Positions 45,022 to 54,255 of a DNA stretch of 64,000 nt are shown here, one piece after another. Made by a program: the position numbers and the translations under genes. Location: contig CAKRCW010000006.1 in NCBI GenBank assembly GCA_934309145.1, positions 77,905-141,904 of the forward strand, given 5' to 3'. Numbering within the stretch: the first letter of the stretch is position 1; every line of letters starts with the position of its first letter. The notes beneath the pieces are model-generated. The model searched no databases and was not told where the DNA came from. It saw only the letters and a list, made by a program, of their open reading frames with translations. This stretch comes from an uncultured Lachnospiraceae bacterium (lineage in GTDB: Bacteria; Bacillota; Clostridia; Lachnospirales; Lachnospiraceae).

Positions 45022-47358
45022 ATGAGCACACCGGTTATATCAACTAAGGCAGATACATTATATCTGCTAAAGGACATTGTTAAAAAATCACATATAGAGG
45101 ATATCGTCATTGTATATGTAAAAGACGTGCTAAGGGATAAGCAGATGGTGTTTGACAATATCAGTAAGTTTTTTTGCGGTGACAGTATAATAGTCAGAAG
45201 TTCGTCTAAAAATGAGGACAGTATGATTACTTCTAATGCAGGACATTTTGAAAGTGTACTTGGTGTGGATTCCTCTGACAGCAAATCGGTATTTGATGCG
45301 CTTACTACAGTAATGGATTCATATCTTGAGGACGATGATAAGGGTTATGATGGCATACTTGACGAAGAAATATTAGTGCAGAGACAGTCGAAGGATATTC
45401 TTATATCAGGGGTTGTATTTACAAGAGATATCTTATATAACCGTCCATACTATATGATAACCTATGATGACAATGGAAGCACTGACTCTGTGACGAGTGG
45501 TGAAGCTGGAAAGACAAGGTGGATTGCCAGAAATGTATCAAGAGAATTTGTGGATGTAAGATTTCTCAAGGTTATACAGGCAGTAAGGGAGATAGAGGAG
45601 ATATTTGCGGATGTACCGGCACTTGATATAGAGTTTGCTGTGAATTCTAATGAGGAGGTCATTATATTTCAGGTGAGACCTCTTGCAGCTGTTTTAAACA
45701 GACCAAAGGTTATGTCGGACAGAGATTTTATAGATACAAAGGCTTATGCAAAATGCAGTTATCTTGACAAGAGCCACATATTGTCTGATATGGCATACTG
45801 GAATCCTGCTGAGATAATTGGAACTAATCCAAGACCTCTTGATTACTCACTGTACCGCGAGCTTATAACCGCAAGAATATGGAATGAGGGGTTAAGATGC
45901 CTTGGATATACAGAGGTTGATGATGACCTCATGCAGAAGATAGGAAATAAGCCATATATATCAGTTAATTATTGTTTCGAGGGTTTATCTCCTGCTTCAC
46001 TTGATGAGAACTTCAGATATAAATTATTTGAGTATTATGAGGAACAGTTAAAAAAGGATAAAACAGCACATGATAAGATAGAGTTTGAAATAGTCTTTAA
46101 TACTTATGATTTTACTACGGATGACAGACTTAAAGCACTTAAGGAGTATGGATTTAGCGACGAGGAGATAAATACACTTAAAACAGCCCTCTTTGATGTC
46201 ACAAAATATGCAGTTACCCATTATGACAGCATTTGCAACAAGGATAATGACAGCATAGAAGTTATGACTAATTTAAGACATGATATAAGAAATCAGCATC
46301 CTCTGCAGGAAGATAATGTTATGAAGCTCTATAATTATATATCAGAGCTTATAGACTCGATCAAACAGTATGGCACACCGCAGTTTGCAAGACAGGCGAG
46401 ATGCGCATTTATGGCAAGAAGCTTTTGCAGAACGTTAGTTGACAAGGGATATTTTAATCAGAATGAGATGGATGCATTTATGATGTCGATATCTACAGTT
46501 GCATCTGCATTTGAGAGAGATTTCGATAAATACAGTCATGGCGAGATGACAAGGGAAGAGTTCAACAAATTATACGGGCACTTAAGACTTGGAACGTATG
46601 ACATAAGAACTGACTGCTACAGAGATATGTTCTTTGATGTGAATGAGGCTCATATGAGCAACAAGAAAAAGGTTGTCGGAGAGGCTAAGCTTCTTGATAC
46701 CGAAAAACTAGACAAGGCACTTAAGGATGCCGGACTTCATGTGACACCTGAGAAGTTTATGGATTTCCTCATAAAGGCAACAAAAAACAGAGAGTATTTC
46801 AAATTTGAGTTTACCAAGTCGTTAAGCCTTATATTAGAGCTTATCATACATCTTGGAGATATGCTTGGAATTGCAAGAGAGGATATGTCATATCTTGAAA
46901 TTCAGGATTTGTTAAGCTATCACAGCAGGGACTCTTATTTACAGATAATTGAACAGAGGCGGAGTATGTATCACGCCAATACTTATCTTGTTTTGCCTGA
47001 GGTTATCTTTGGAGTTGGAGATATAGATGTTATAGATATAGATGAGGCGAGACCTAATTTTATAACTGATAAGATTGTTGAGGCAGATACAGCTAATCTT
47101 GATGAGTTTGATGGAACAGATATCTCTGGAAAAATAGTTGTGGTTACAAAGGCGGATCCGGGATATGACTGGATATTCACTAAGAATATAGCTGGATTTG
47201 TTACGAAATATGGTGGTGCAGCGTCTCACATGGCTATAAGATGTGCTGAATTTGGAATTCCTGCCGCTATAGGATGTGGTGAGAGGATATACAGCAATAT
47301 AACAAGGATGAGTCGTGTAAAGCTTGACTGTGCCAATGGTAAAATAACAGAAAAATAG
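45022..47358 (+). CDS. PEP-utilising-enzyme-family phosphotransferase (ATP-grasp PPDK_N-like N-terminus plus C-terminal phosphohistidine swivel domain; no PEP/pyruvate TIM-barrel domain recognised)
   Basis: The N-terminal VRSSSKNEDSMITSNAGHFESV is the nucleotide-binding-domain motif. The C-terminal GGAASHMAIRCAEFGIPAAIGCG is the mobile His domain. The ~400-aa middle region is uncharacterised. Confidence 0.7.
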   Translation: MSTPVISTKADTLYLLKDIVKKSHIEDIVIVYVKDVLRDKQMVFDNISKFFCGDSIIVRSSSKNEDSMITSNAGHFESVLGVDSSDSKSVFDALTTVMDSYLEDDDKGYDGILDEEILVQRQSKDILISGVVFTRDILYNRPYYMITYDDNGSTDSVTSGEAGKTRWIARNVSREFVDVRFLKVIQAVREIEEIFADVPALDIEFAVNSNEEVIIFQVRPLAAVLNRPKVMSDRDFIDTKAYAKCSYLDKSHILSDMAYWNPAEIIGTNPRPLDYSLYRELITARIWNEGLRCLGYTEVDDDLMQKIGNKPYISVNYCFEGLSPASLDENFRYKLFEYYEEQLKKDKTAHDKIEFEIVFNTYDFTTDDRLKALKEYGFSDEEINTLKTALFDVTKYAVTHYDSICNKDNDSIEVMTNLRHDIRNQHPLQEDNVMKLYNYISELIDSIKQYGTPQFARQARCAFMARSFCRTLVDKGYFNQNEMDAFMMSISTVASAFERDFDKYSHGEMTREEFNKLYGHLRLGTYDIRTDCYRDMFFDVNEAHMSNKKKVVGEAKLLDTEKLDKALKDAGLHVTPEKFMDFLIKATKNREYFKFEFTKSLSLILELIIHLGDMLGIAREDMSYLEIQDLLSYHSRDSYLQIIEQRRSMYHANTYLVLPEVIFGVGDIDVIDIDEARPNFITDKIVEADTANLDEFDGTDISGKIVVVTKADPGYDWIFTKNIAGFVTKYGGAASHMAIRCAEFGIPAAIGCGERIYSNITRMSRVKLDCANGKITEK

Positions 47359-47376
47359 GAGAAGGACTGAGCTTAT

Positions 47377-47922
47377 ATGTCAGATAAAAAGTTACTTGTT
47401 TTGTGGCCGGGACGTAATTACAGCTGTGATAAGCCTTTGCTTTATTACGCCGGTAAGGTGTTTGAAAAAAGAGGCTATGAGGTCGTAAGACTTACCTATA
47501 ACCAGAAATTAAAGGGTGATAAGGATGATATCGCAGGGCTAATAGATGAGTCGCGTCAATATGTTGCTGAAGAATTGCAGAAGATAGATTTTTCACTATA
47601 TAAGGATATTGTGTTTATATCTAAGAGTATGGGAACAGCTCTTGCCGGATATTTTGAGAAAAAGCTTGGTATATTTGCGAGACATATATTTCTCACTCCT
47701 GTTAAGGAAGCTTTCCCTTACATGAGAATGGGAAAATGCATAGTCGTTTCTGGTAAAGAGGACAAAATATTAGAGAGTAGAAAGCTTAAGATATACTGTG
47801 TGGAACAGGATATACCACTTAAACAATTTGATGAGGTTGGACATTCACTAGAGCATCCGGATGATATCAATAAAACATTTGCAATACTTATGGTTCTGAT
47901 TAGACTGTACAAGGAGTTTTAA
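47377..47922 (+). CDS. small alpha/beta-hydrolase-fold protein
   Basis: 181 aa. The nucleophile-elbow-like ISKSMGTA and a late GH (EVGHSLE) are consistent with a minimal Ser-Asp-His hydrolase. It starts 18 nt after the upstream gene. Confidence 0.55.
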   Translation: MSDKKLLVLWPGRNYSCDKPLLYYAGKVFEKRGYEVVRLTYNQKLKGDKDDIAGLIDESRQYVAEELQKIDFSLYKDIVFISKSMGTALAGYFEKKLGIFARHIFLTPVKEAFPYMRMGKCIVVSGKEDKILESRKLKIYCVEQDIPLKQFDEVGHSLEHPDDINKTFAILMVLIRLYKEF

Positions 47923-47951
47923 TTGATTTAATGATGTGCATGGTGTATAAT
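47923..47951 (+). promoter_or_regulatory. candidate promoter, TTGATT-N17-TATAAT, for the bactofilin gene
   Basis: TTGATT at 47923-47928 and TATAAT at 47946-47951. Confidence 0.4.
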
Positions 47952-47989
47952 ATTTCCGATAATTACCATTAGTGAAAAGGAGGAAAAAG

Positions 47990-49156
47990 ATGGGCTTTTT
48001 TAAGGATTTCAAACGTGATTTTGCTCAGGCTGTCAATGAACTTATGCCTGATAAGGACGAGCTCGCTGAGGAATATGATGATGAAGATATGGTGAATACG
48101 TTTGATGAGAACGATAATATGGACATCGCTCCTGAAGATATGCTTGAGGATTTAGATGATTTTAAGATAGATACAATGTCTGATGATAACACTGTAAGGG
48201 AGCATCAGTCAGAGAAACCTGAATCTGATTATGAGGAGGAGGATGAAGAACCGAAGGATGTTTTCTTTAACATACCTGAGGCTGAGGTTATAAATGATCC
48301 TGTATATGACGAAGATAACACGGATGATTTGGAGCCTGAAAAGGAAGCTGAGCTCGTGACAGAGATACTCGTGGCAGAGCCTGAGGAACAGAAAGAAGAG
48401 ACCGATATAGGTGAAGAGGAAGCTCCTGATACAGAGAGTGATTCTTATACAGGTGATGATGATTTACTTGCAGTAGATGCACTAGATGAGGAGAATATGC
48501 TTGAGGGCATGGAGGACGTTGTCACTGTAGAGTCCGAGGCAGATAAGAAGGACGAGCTTTCACCTATGAATTTAAATCAGGACGTTATGGATGCCATTTT
48601 GATGAGAGAAGAGGCATCTGATAATAATGATATTGATGATGTGGAGGAAGATGATATGTCTGAGGTAGAGGCTAAGATTGATGAGCCCAAGCAGGAGATA
48701 GACAGCATATTGAATGATGATACTACTTATATAACCAAGGGAACTACCATAAAGGGTAACATTGAGACCGATGGCGGTGTAGATATAATAGGTACTGTTA
48801 TAGGAGATGTTATATGTGGAGGAAAGCTTATCGTTGGTGGTAGTATAAAGGGCTCTGTAAAAACAGGAGAGCTCTACGCTAATGCTGCTAAGATAGAGGG
48901 AGATGTTGTAGCAGAGGGCAGTGCTAAGATAGGTGTTGGCTCTGTAGTTGTAGGCAATGTTTCTGCAAGCTCCGCTGTTGTAGCAGGAGCTGTCAATGGA
49001 GATATAGATGTTAAAGGGCCGGTTATCGTGGATTCAACTGCGGTGATTATGGGTAACATAAAATCACGTTCTGTCCAGATTAACAATGGAGCAGTAATCG
49101 AGGGATTCTGTTCACAGTGCTATTCGGAGATAGATGTAAAAAGTTTTTTTGAGTAG
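47990..49156 (+). CDS. bactofilin-family protein with a long acidic N-terminal extension
   Basis: ATG 47990 (MGFFKDF...) lies behind AAAGGAGGA. The C-terminal ~130 aa are a beta-helical repeat (GNIETDGGVDIIGTVIGDVICGGKLIVGGSIKGSV...) typical of bactofilin/DUF583. About 240 aa upstream are D/E-rich. Confidence 0.8.
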   Translation: MGFFKDFKRDFAQAVNELMPDKDELAEEYDDEDMVNTFDENDNMDIAPEDMLEDLDDFKIDTMSDDNTVREHQSEKPESDYEEEDEEPKDVFFNIPEAEVINDPVYDEDNTDDLEPEKEAELVTEILVAEPEEQKEETDIGEEEAPDTESDSYTGDDDLLAVDALDEENMLEGMEDVVTVESEADKKDELSPMNLNQDVMDAILMREEASDNNDIDDVEEDDMSEVEAKIDEPKQEIDSILNDDTTYITKGTTIKGNIETDGGVDIIGTVIGDVICGGKLIVGGSIKGSVKTGELYANAAKIEGDVVAEGSAKIGVGSVVVGNVSASSAVVAGAVNGDIDVKGPVIVDSTAVIMGNIKSRSVQINNGAVIEGFCSQCYSEIDVKSFFE

Positions 49157-49169
49157 GAGAAAAGCAGAC

Positions 49170-49874
49170 ATGGAGATGAAGAGAGTATTGCTCAAGCTTT
49201 CAGGAGAGGCTTTGGCAGGAGACAAAAAGACAGGCTTTGATGAGAAAACTGTAGTTGACGTTGCAAAGCAGGTTAAGACAGTGCTTGACAAGGGAATACA
49301 GGTAAGCATAGTAATCGGTGGTGGTAACTTCTGGAGAGGAAGAACCTCAGAGAATATGGACAGAGTAAAGGCAGACCAGATAGGTATGCTCGCTACAGTT
49401 ATGAACTGTATATATGCTGCTGATATGTTCAGAACAGTAGGTATTAAGGCACATATAATGACACCCTTTGCCTGTGGAAGCATGACCGAGCTTTTTTCTA
49501 AGGATAAGGCAGTTGAGTATCTCGAGAATGGAGATGTTGTATTCTTCGCAGGTGGAACAGGTCATCCTTATTTCTCTACAGATACAGCAACGGTTCTCAT
49601 GGCAATAGAGATATGTGCAGATGTAATTTTATCTGCAAAGGCTATAGATGGTGTATATGACAGTGATCCTAAGACTAATCCGAATGCTAAGAAGTATGAC
49701 AGAATGAACATAAGTGAGATAGTAGATAAGAAGCTTGGTGTTATAGACCTTGCATCTGCTGTGCTTGCAATGGAGAATCATATGCCTATGATGTTGTTCG
49801 GTTTAGGTGGAGAGGACAGTATAATAAAGGCAGTTACAGGTGGATTTACAGGAACTTTAGTTACATGTGATTAA
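49170..49874 (+). CDS. pyrH: UMP kinase
   Basis: KRVLLKLSGEAL, VIGGGNFWRG and GGTGHPYFSTDT. I prefer ATG 49170 (AGGAGA RBS) to the track start 49149. Confidence 0.95.
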   Translation: MEMKRVLLKLSGEALAGDKKTGFDEKTVVDVAKQVKTVLDKGIQVSIVIGGGNFWRGRTSENMDRVKADQIGMLATVMNCIYAADMFRTVGIKAHIMTPFACGSMTELFSKDKAVEYLENGDVVFFAGGTGHPYFSTDTATVLMAIEICADVILSAKAIDGVYDSDPKTNPNAKKYDRMNISEIVDKKLGVIDLASAVLAMENHMPMMLFGLGGEDSIIKAVTGGFTGTLVTCD

Positions 49875-49908
49875 GAGATAAAATATATAAATATCAGGAG
49901 GAAGAATA

Positions 49909-50454
49909 ATGTTATCACAGTATGAAGGAAAGATGGAAAAGACTGTTGAGAATCTTTCAGCAGAGTATGCAGGAATCAGAGCAGGAAGAGCTAACCCACA
50001 TATATTAGATAAGCTTAGAGTAGATTATTACGGAGCACCTACACCAATCCAGCAGGTTGCAAACGTAACAGTACCAGAGGCTCGTACACTTATGATTCAG
50101 CCTTGGGAGTCAAGCTTAATCAAAGAAATCGAAAAGACAATTATTAACTCTGACCTTGGTGTTAATCCTAATAATGATGGTAAGAGTGTAATAATTAACT
50201 TCCCTGAGCTCACAGAGGAGCGCAGAAAAGACTTAGTTAAGGACATTAAGAAGAAGGCAGAGGCAGCTAAGGTTGCTGTAAGAAACGTAAGAAGAGATGC
50301 AAACGACGCATTGAAGAAGATGAACAAAGCTAATGAAATCTCTGAGGATGAGATGAAGGTGAACGAGGAAAAGGTTCAGAAGATGACAGATAAGTATGTC
50401 GCTAACATAGATAAGCTCATGGAAGAAAAATCAAAAGAGATTATGACTGTATAG
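49909..50454 (+). CDS. frr: ribosome recycling factor
   Basis: 181 aa. RAGRANPHILD, LTEERRKDLVK and VRNVRRDAND. Confidence 0.95.
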   Translation: MLSQYEGKMEKTVENLSAEYAGIRAGRANPHILDKLRVDYYGAPTPIQQVANVTVPEARTLMIQPWESSLIKEIEKTIINSDLGVNPNNDGKSVIINFPELTEERRKDLVKDIKKKAEAAKVAVRNVRRDANDALKKMNKANEISEDEMKVNEEKVQKMTDKYVANIDKLMEEKSKEIMTV

Positions 50455-50463
50455 GAGTTTGCT

Positions 50464-51192
50464 TTGAAGAAGATAATAGATGGTGAGGAACTTAATATCC
50501 CTAATCACGTTGCCATAATAATGGATGGCAACGGAAGATGGGCTAAGAAGAGATTTATGCCGCGTAATTTTGGACATAAGGCAGGAGCTAAGGTGGTGGA
50601 GCAGATATGTGAGGATGCCTATAATCTGGGAATCAGATATCTCACAGTATATGCATTTTCCACTGAGAACTGGAAGCGCTCTGTTGAAGAGGTTACCGGC
50701 ATAATGAATCTGCTTCGTTCCTATCTTACAGATTGCATAGAGAGAGCGTCTAAGAATAACATGAGAGTTCGTGTTATAGGAGACAGGACGGTTCTAGATG
50801 CTGATATTGTTGCCCGTATAGAGGAGCTAGAGGAGAAAACAGCCTGCTATGATGGACTTAATTTCACGATTGCACTTAACTATGGCGGAAGAGATGAGAT
50901 TAGGAGAGCCATAAAGCATATAGCAGAGGATATAAAGGAATCAAAGCTTGATGTAGATTCGGTAGATGAGAGTGTGATTTCATCATATCTTGACACATGC
51001 GGTATACCTGATCCGGATTTACTAATAAGAACAAGCGGTGAGCTTAGGCTATCTAACTTCCTTATATGGCAGCTTGCATATACAGAGTTTTATTTTACTG
51101 ATGTATTGTGGCCCGATTTTGATATAGAAGAGCTAAAAAAAGCTATATTATATTACAATGGCAGAGACAGAAGATATGGTGGGGTAAAGTAG
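50464..51192 (+). CDS. uppS: isoprenyl transferase (undecaprenyl diphosphate synthase)
   Basis: HVAIIMDGNGRWA, FSTENWKR and RTSGELRLSNFLIWQ. TTG start behind AGGAG. Confidence 0.95.
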   Translation: MKKIIDGEELNIPNHVAIIMDGNGRWAKKRFMPRNFGHKAGAKVVEQICEDAYNLGIRYLTVYAFSTENWKRSVEEVTGIMNLLRSYLTDCIERASKNNMRVRVIGDRTVLDADIVARIEELEEKTACYDGLNFTIALNYGGRDEIRRAIKHIAEDIKESKLDVDSVDESVISSYLDTCGIPDPDLLIRTSGELRLSNFLIWQLAYTEFYFTDVLWPDFDIEELKKAILYYNGRDRRYGGVK

Positions 51193-52008
51193 ATGTTTAA
51201 GACGAGATTTATAAGCGGTGCAGTTTTAGTTATACTTGCAATTGGAATACTATATGTAGGAGGGTATCTTACAGGTGCGGCTGTGCTTATGCTGTCCATG
51301 GGCGGTATAGGTGAGCTTCTTCGTGTCTATAAGCTTCACAATAAACCTATGGGATATATTGCTTATGTTGCTACAGCAGTGTATTATGGATTGCTTTTCT
51401 TTAATGAAAATGAATATATTATTCCGCTTATTATATTATTTGTTTTAGGCGTGCTTGCTATGTATGTAATAACATTCCCTACATATCACGATAAGGATGC
51501 AATGGTTGTTATACTGTCATTTTTCTATGTTGCATTTATGCTTTCATATGTATATCAGATAAGGGAGCTTAAATATGGTGGGGCACTTATTGTAATGCTT
51601 TTTATATGCTCATGGATTAATGACACATTTGCGTATTGTGTAGGAGTTAAGCTTGGCAGGCACAAGATGACACCTAAGCTAAGTCCTAAGAAGAGCATTG
51701 AGGGACTTATAGGCGGTATAGCAGGTGCAGCAATAGTATCAGGAGTATATGGCATATTTTTCTGTAAATATGTATATGAATTAAATAATGGACCTTGGAT
51801 ATTTGCAGTAATAGGTGCTATTGGAGCGTTGATTGCAGTTATAGGTGATTTGGCGGCATCCGCAATTAAGAGAAATAACGATATAAAAGATTATGGTAAG
51901 CTTATACCGGGACATGGAGGAATTCTTGACAGATTTGACAGTATGATATTTACAGCTCCGGTTATTTACTATTGCTTTGTATATATGATTGGTAATCTTG
52001 GAGGTTAA
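51193..52008 (+). CDS. cdsA: phosphatidate cytidylyltransferase
   Basis: Polytopic membrane protein with the CTP-transferase signature SAIKRNNDIKDYGKLIPGHGGILDRFDS. Confidence 0.9.
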   Translation: MFKTRFISGAVLVILAIGILYVGGYLTGAAVLMLSMGGIGELLRVYKLHNKPMGYIAYVATAVYYGLLFFNENEYIIPLIILFVLGVLAMYVITFPTYHDKDAMVVILSFFYVAFMLSYVYQIRELKYGGALIVMLFICSWINDTFAYCVGVKLGRHKMTPKLSPKKSIEGLIGGIAGAAIVSGVYGIFFCKYVYELNNGPWIFAVIGAIGALIAVIGDLAASAIKRNNDIKDYGKLIPGHGGILDRFDSMIFTAPVIYYCFVYMIGNLGG

Positions 52009-52014
52009 CATAAG

Positions 52015-53163
52015 TTGAAGAATATTTCAATTATTGGCTCTACAGGTTCTATAGGAACGCAGACACTTGAGATTGTCAGAGCAAATAAAGATATAAATGT
52101 TGTTGCACTTGCAGCGGGAAGCAATGTTAGTCTTTTGGCTGAGCAGGTGCGTGAATTTAAACCGGATATCGTTGGAATATGGAGTAAAGACAAGGCAGAA
52201 GAATTACGCGATGCCTTGTCTGAATTTGATATAAGGATTGTTTGCGGTATGGAGGGACTTATAGAGGTCGCCTGTGCCGATAAAGCAGATATTCTTGTAA
52301 CTGCCATAGTTGGAATGATTGGTATAAGACCTACGGTTGAGGCAATTAAGGCAGGTAAGGATATTGCGCTTGCCAACAAGGAGACGCTTGTAACTGCCGG
52401 TCATATAATTATGCCTCTTGCAAAAGAGAAGGGTGTCAGAATCCTTCCTGTTGACAGCGAACATTCAGCTATATTCCAGTGCATACATGGGGAGAGTGAC
52501 AATGAGATAAGCAGGCTTCTCATAACTGCATCAGGAGGCCCTTTCAGAGGGAAAAACAAGGCAGAGCTAGAGAACGTTACTGTGGAGGATGCACTCAAGC
52601 ATCCTAACTGGTCTATGGGAAGAAAGATAACTATAGATTCGGCAACCTTAGTAAACAAGGGACTTGAGGTTATAGAGGCAAGATGGCTGTTTGACGTTAA
52701 GCCTGAGAATATTGAGGTTGTTGTACAGCCACAGAGCATAATACATTCTATGGTTGAATTCGCTGACGGAGCAGTAAAGGCACAGCTTGGTACACCTGAT
52801 ATGAAGCTGCCTATACAGTACGCTCTTTATTATCCTGACAGAAGATACCTTGCAGGGGACAGACTTGACTTTACAACGATGGGTAACATAATTATAGATA
52901 AGCCGGACAGAGATACATTTAAGGGACTTGATTTTGCATATGATGCGATAAGTAAAGGCGGTTCAATGCCTACAGTATTTAACGCTGCAAATGAGTGTGC
53001 TGTGGCAAAGTTCCTTAATAAAGACATAAAATTTTTACAAATATATGATATTATAGAAAAATGCATGATGGCACACACTGTTATACATAATCCTTCACTT
53101 GAGGATATATTTGAGACGGAGAGCTGGGTATATGAGTATGTTGAAAAGGGTTTATGTGTTTAA
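52015..53163 (+). CDS. dxr: 1-deoxy-D-xylulose-5-phosphate reductoisomerase
   Basis: GSTGSIGTQTL, LANKE, DSEHSA and SGGPF. TTG start behind GGAGG. Confidence 0.95.
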   Translation: MKNISIIGSTGSIGTQTLEIVRANKDINVVALAAGSNVSLLAEQVREFKPDIVGIWSKDKAEELRDALSEFDIRIVCGMEGLIEVACADKADILVTAIVGMIGIRPTVEAIKAGKDIALANKETLVTAGHIIMPLAKEKGVRILPVDSEHSAIFQCIHGESDNEISRLLITASGGPFRGKNKAELENVTVEDALKHPNWSMGRKITIDSATLVNKGLEVIEARWLFDVKPENIEVVVQPQSIIHSMVEFADGAVKAQLGTPDMKLPIQYALYYPDRRYLAGDRLDFTTMGNIIIDKPDRDTFKGLDFAYDAISKGGSMPTVFNAANECAVAKFLNKDIKFLQIYDIIEKCMMAHTVIHNPSLEDIFETESWVYEYVEKGLCV

Positions 53164-53178
53164 GGAGATTATTTTTAT

Positions 53179-54234
53179 ATGAATATTATTTTAATTATAT
53201 TGGTATTTGGAGTTATAGTATTCTTTCACGAATTTGGACATTTCATAGTTGCGAAGCTTAACCACATTGCAGTTATGGAATTTTCAATAGGTATGGGACC
53301 TGCGATTTTTTCAGTCCAGAAGAAGGAGACAAAGTATTCATTGAGACTTCTTCCTATCGGTGGATTCTGTATGATGATGGGAGAGGATGAGGAATCTGAT
53401 GACGAAAATGCATTCAATAACAGACCTATATGGGCAAGAATGCTTGTTATAGCAGCCGGACCTATATTTAATTTTATTCTCGCTTTTTTGTTTTCAATTA
53501 TACTTATACATTACACCGGATGTGATCCTGCAACATTATATAAGGTTGTGGAAAATGGACCTGCCGAGACAGCAGGGATAGAGCCTGGTGATACCGTAGT
53601 TGCTATAGATGGAAGCAAAATATATAACTTTAGAGAGCTGCAGCTATACATGGCACTTGACAAGGATGGTTCTCCAGTTAAGCTGACAATGAAAAAGCCA
53701 TCGGGCGAGACTTATAAGACAACTGTGACTCCTGCACTTGGAAGTGACGGTTCATATGTAATAGGTGTAGCAGGTGGGAATATTCTTGCGGATGGTTTTG
53801 GAACAACCATAAAATATGCTGCTCTTGAATGCAGATACTGGGTAAAATCAACGGTGCTAAGTCTGAAGCTTATTGTGACAGGCGGTGTTAAGAGCAACGA
53901 TATAATGGGACCTGTAGGCGTTGGCGGAGCTATGAATGAAATCTTAGATGAAGCTAAGGAATCAAGTCCTACAACCAAGGATGCCATAATTAACGTGCTT
54001 CTAAATATGCTTAACTGGTGCATACTTCTAAGTGTGAACCTTGGAATAATGAACCTTCTGCCTATACCGGCGTTGGATGGAGGAAGGCTGTTGTTCCTTA
54101 TTATTGAGGCAGTAAGAAGAAAACGAATACCACAGGAAAAAGAGGCAATAGTGAACCTTATTGGATTTGCACTTCTTATCTGTCTTATGGTTGTGGTATT
54201 CTTCAACGATATTAAGAATGTATTCTTCTCATAA
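53179..54234 (+). CDS. rseP: RIP metalloprotease RseP/RasP (site-2 protease)
   Basis: HEFGHF zinc motif, a PDZ domain (GIEPGDTVVAIDG) and the NLLPIPALDGG motif. Confidence 0.9.
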   Translation: MNIILIILVFGVIVFFHEFGHFIVAKLNHIAVMEFSIGMGPAIFSVQKKETKYSLRLLPIGGFCMMMGEDEESDDENAFNNRPIWARMLVIAAGPIFNFILAFLFSIILIHYTGCDPATLYKVVENGPAETAGIEPGDTVVAIDGSKIYNFRELQLYMALDKDGSPVKLTMKKPSGETYKTTVTPALGSDGSYVIGVAGGNILADGFGTTIKYAALECRYWVKSTVLSLKLIVTGGVKSNDIMGPVGVGGAMNEILDEAKESSPTTKDAIINVLLNMLNWCILLSVNLGIMNLLPIPALDGGRLLFLIIEAVRRKRIPQEKEAIVNLIGFALLICLMVVVFFNDIKNVFFS

Positions 54235-54255
54235 GAGATTCTGCGGAGGATTAAT

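Noticed and set aside
48030-48700. The GAT/GAA-rich stretch looked like a possible tandem DNA repeat.
   Set aside because: I could trace no fixed repeat unit. It is compositional low complexity encoding the acidic bactofilin N-terminus.
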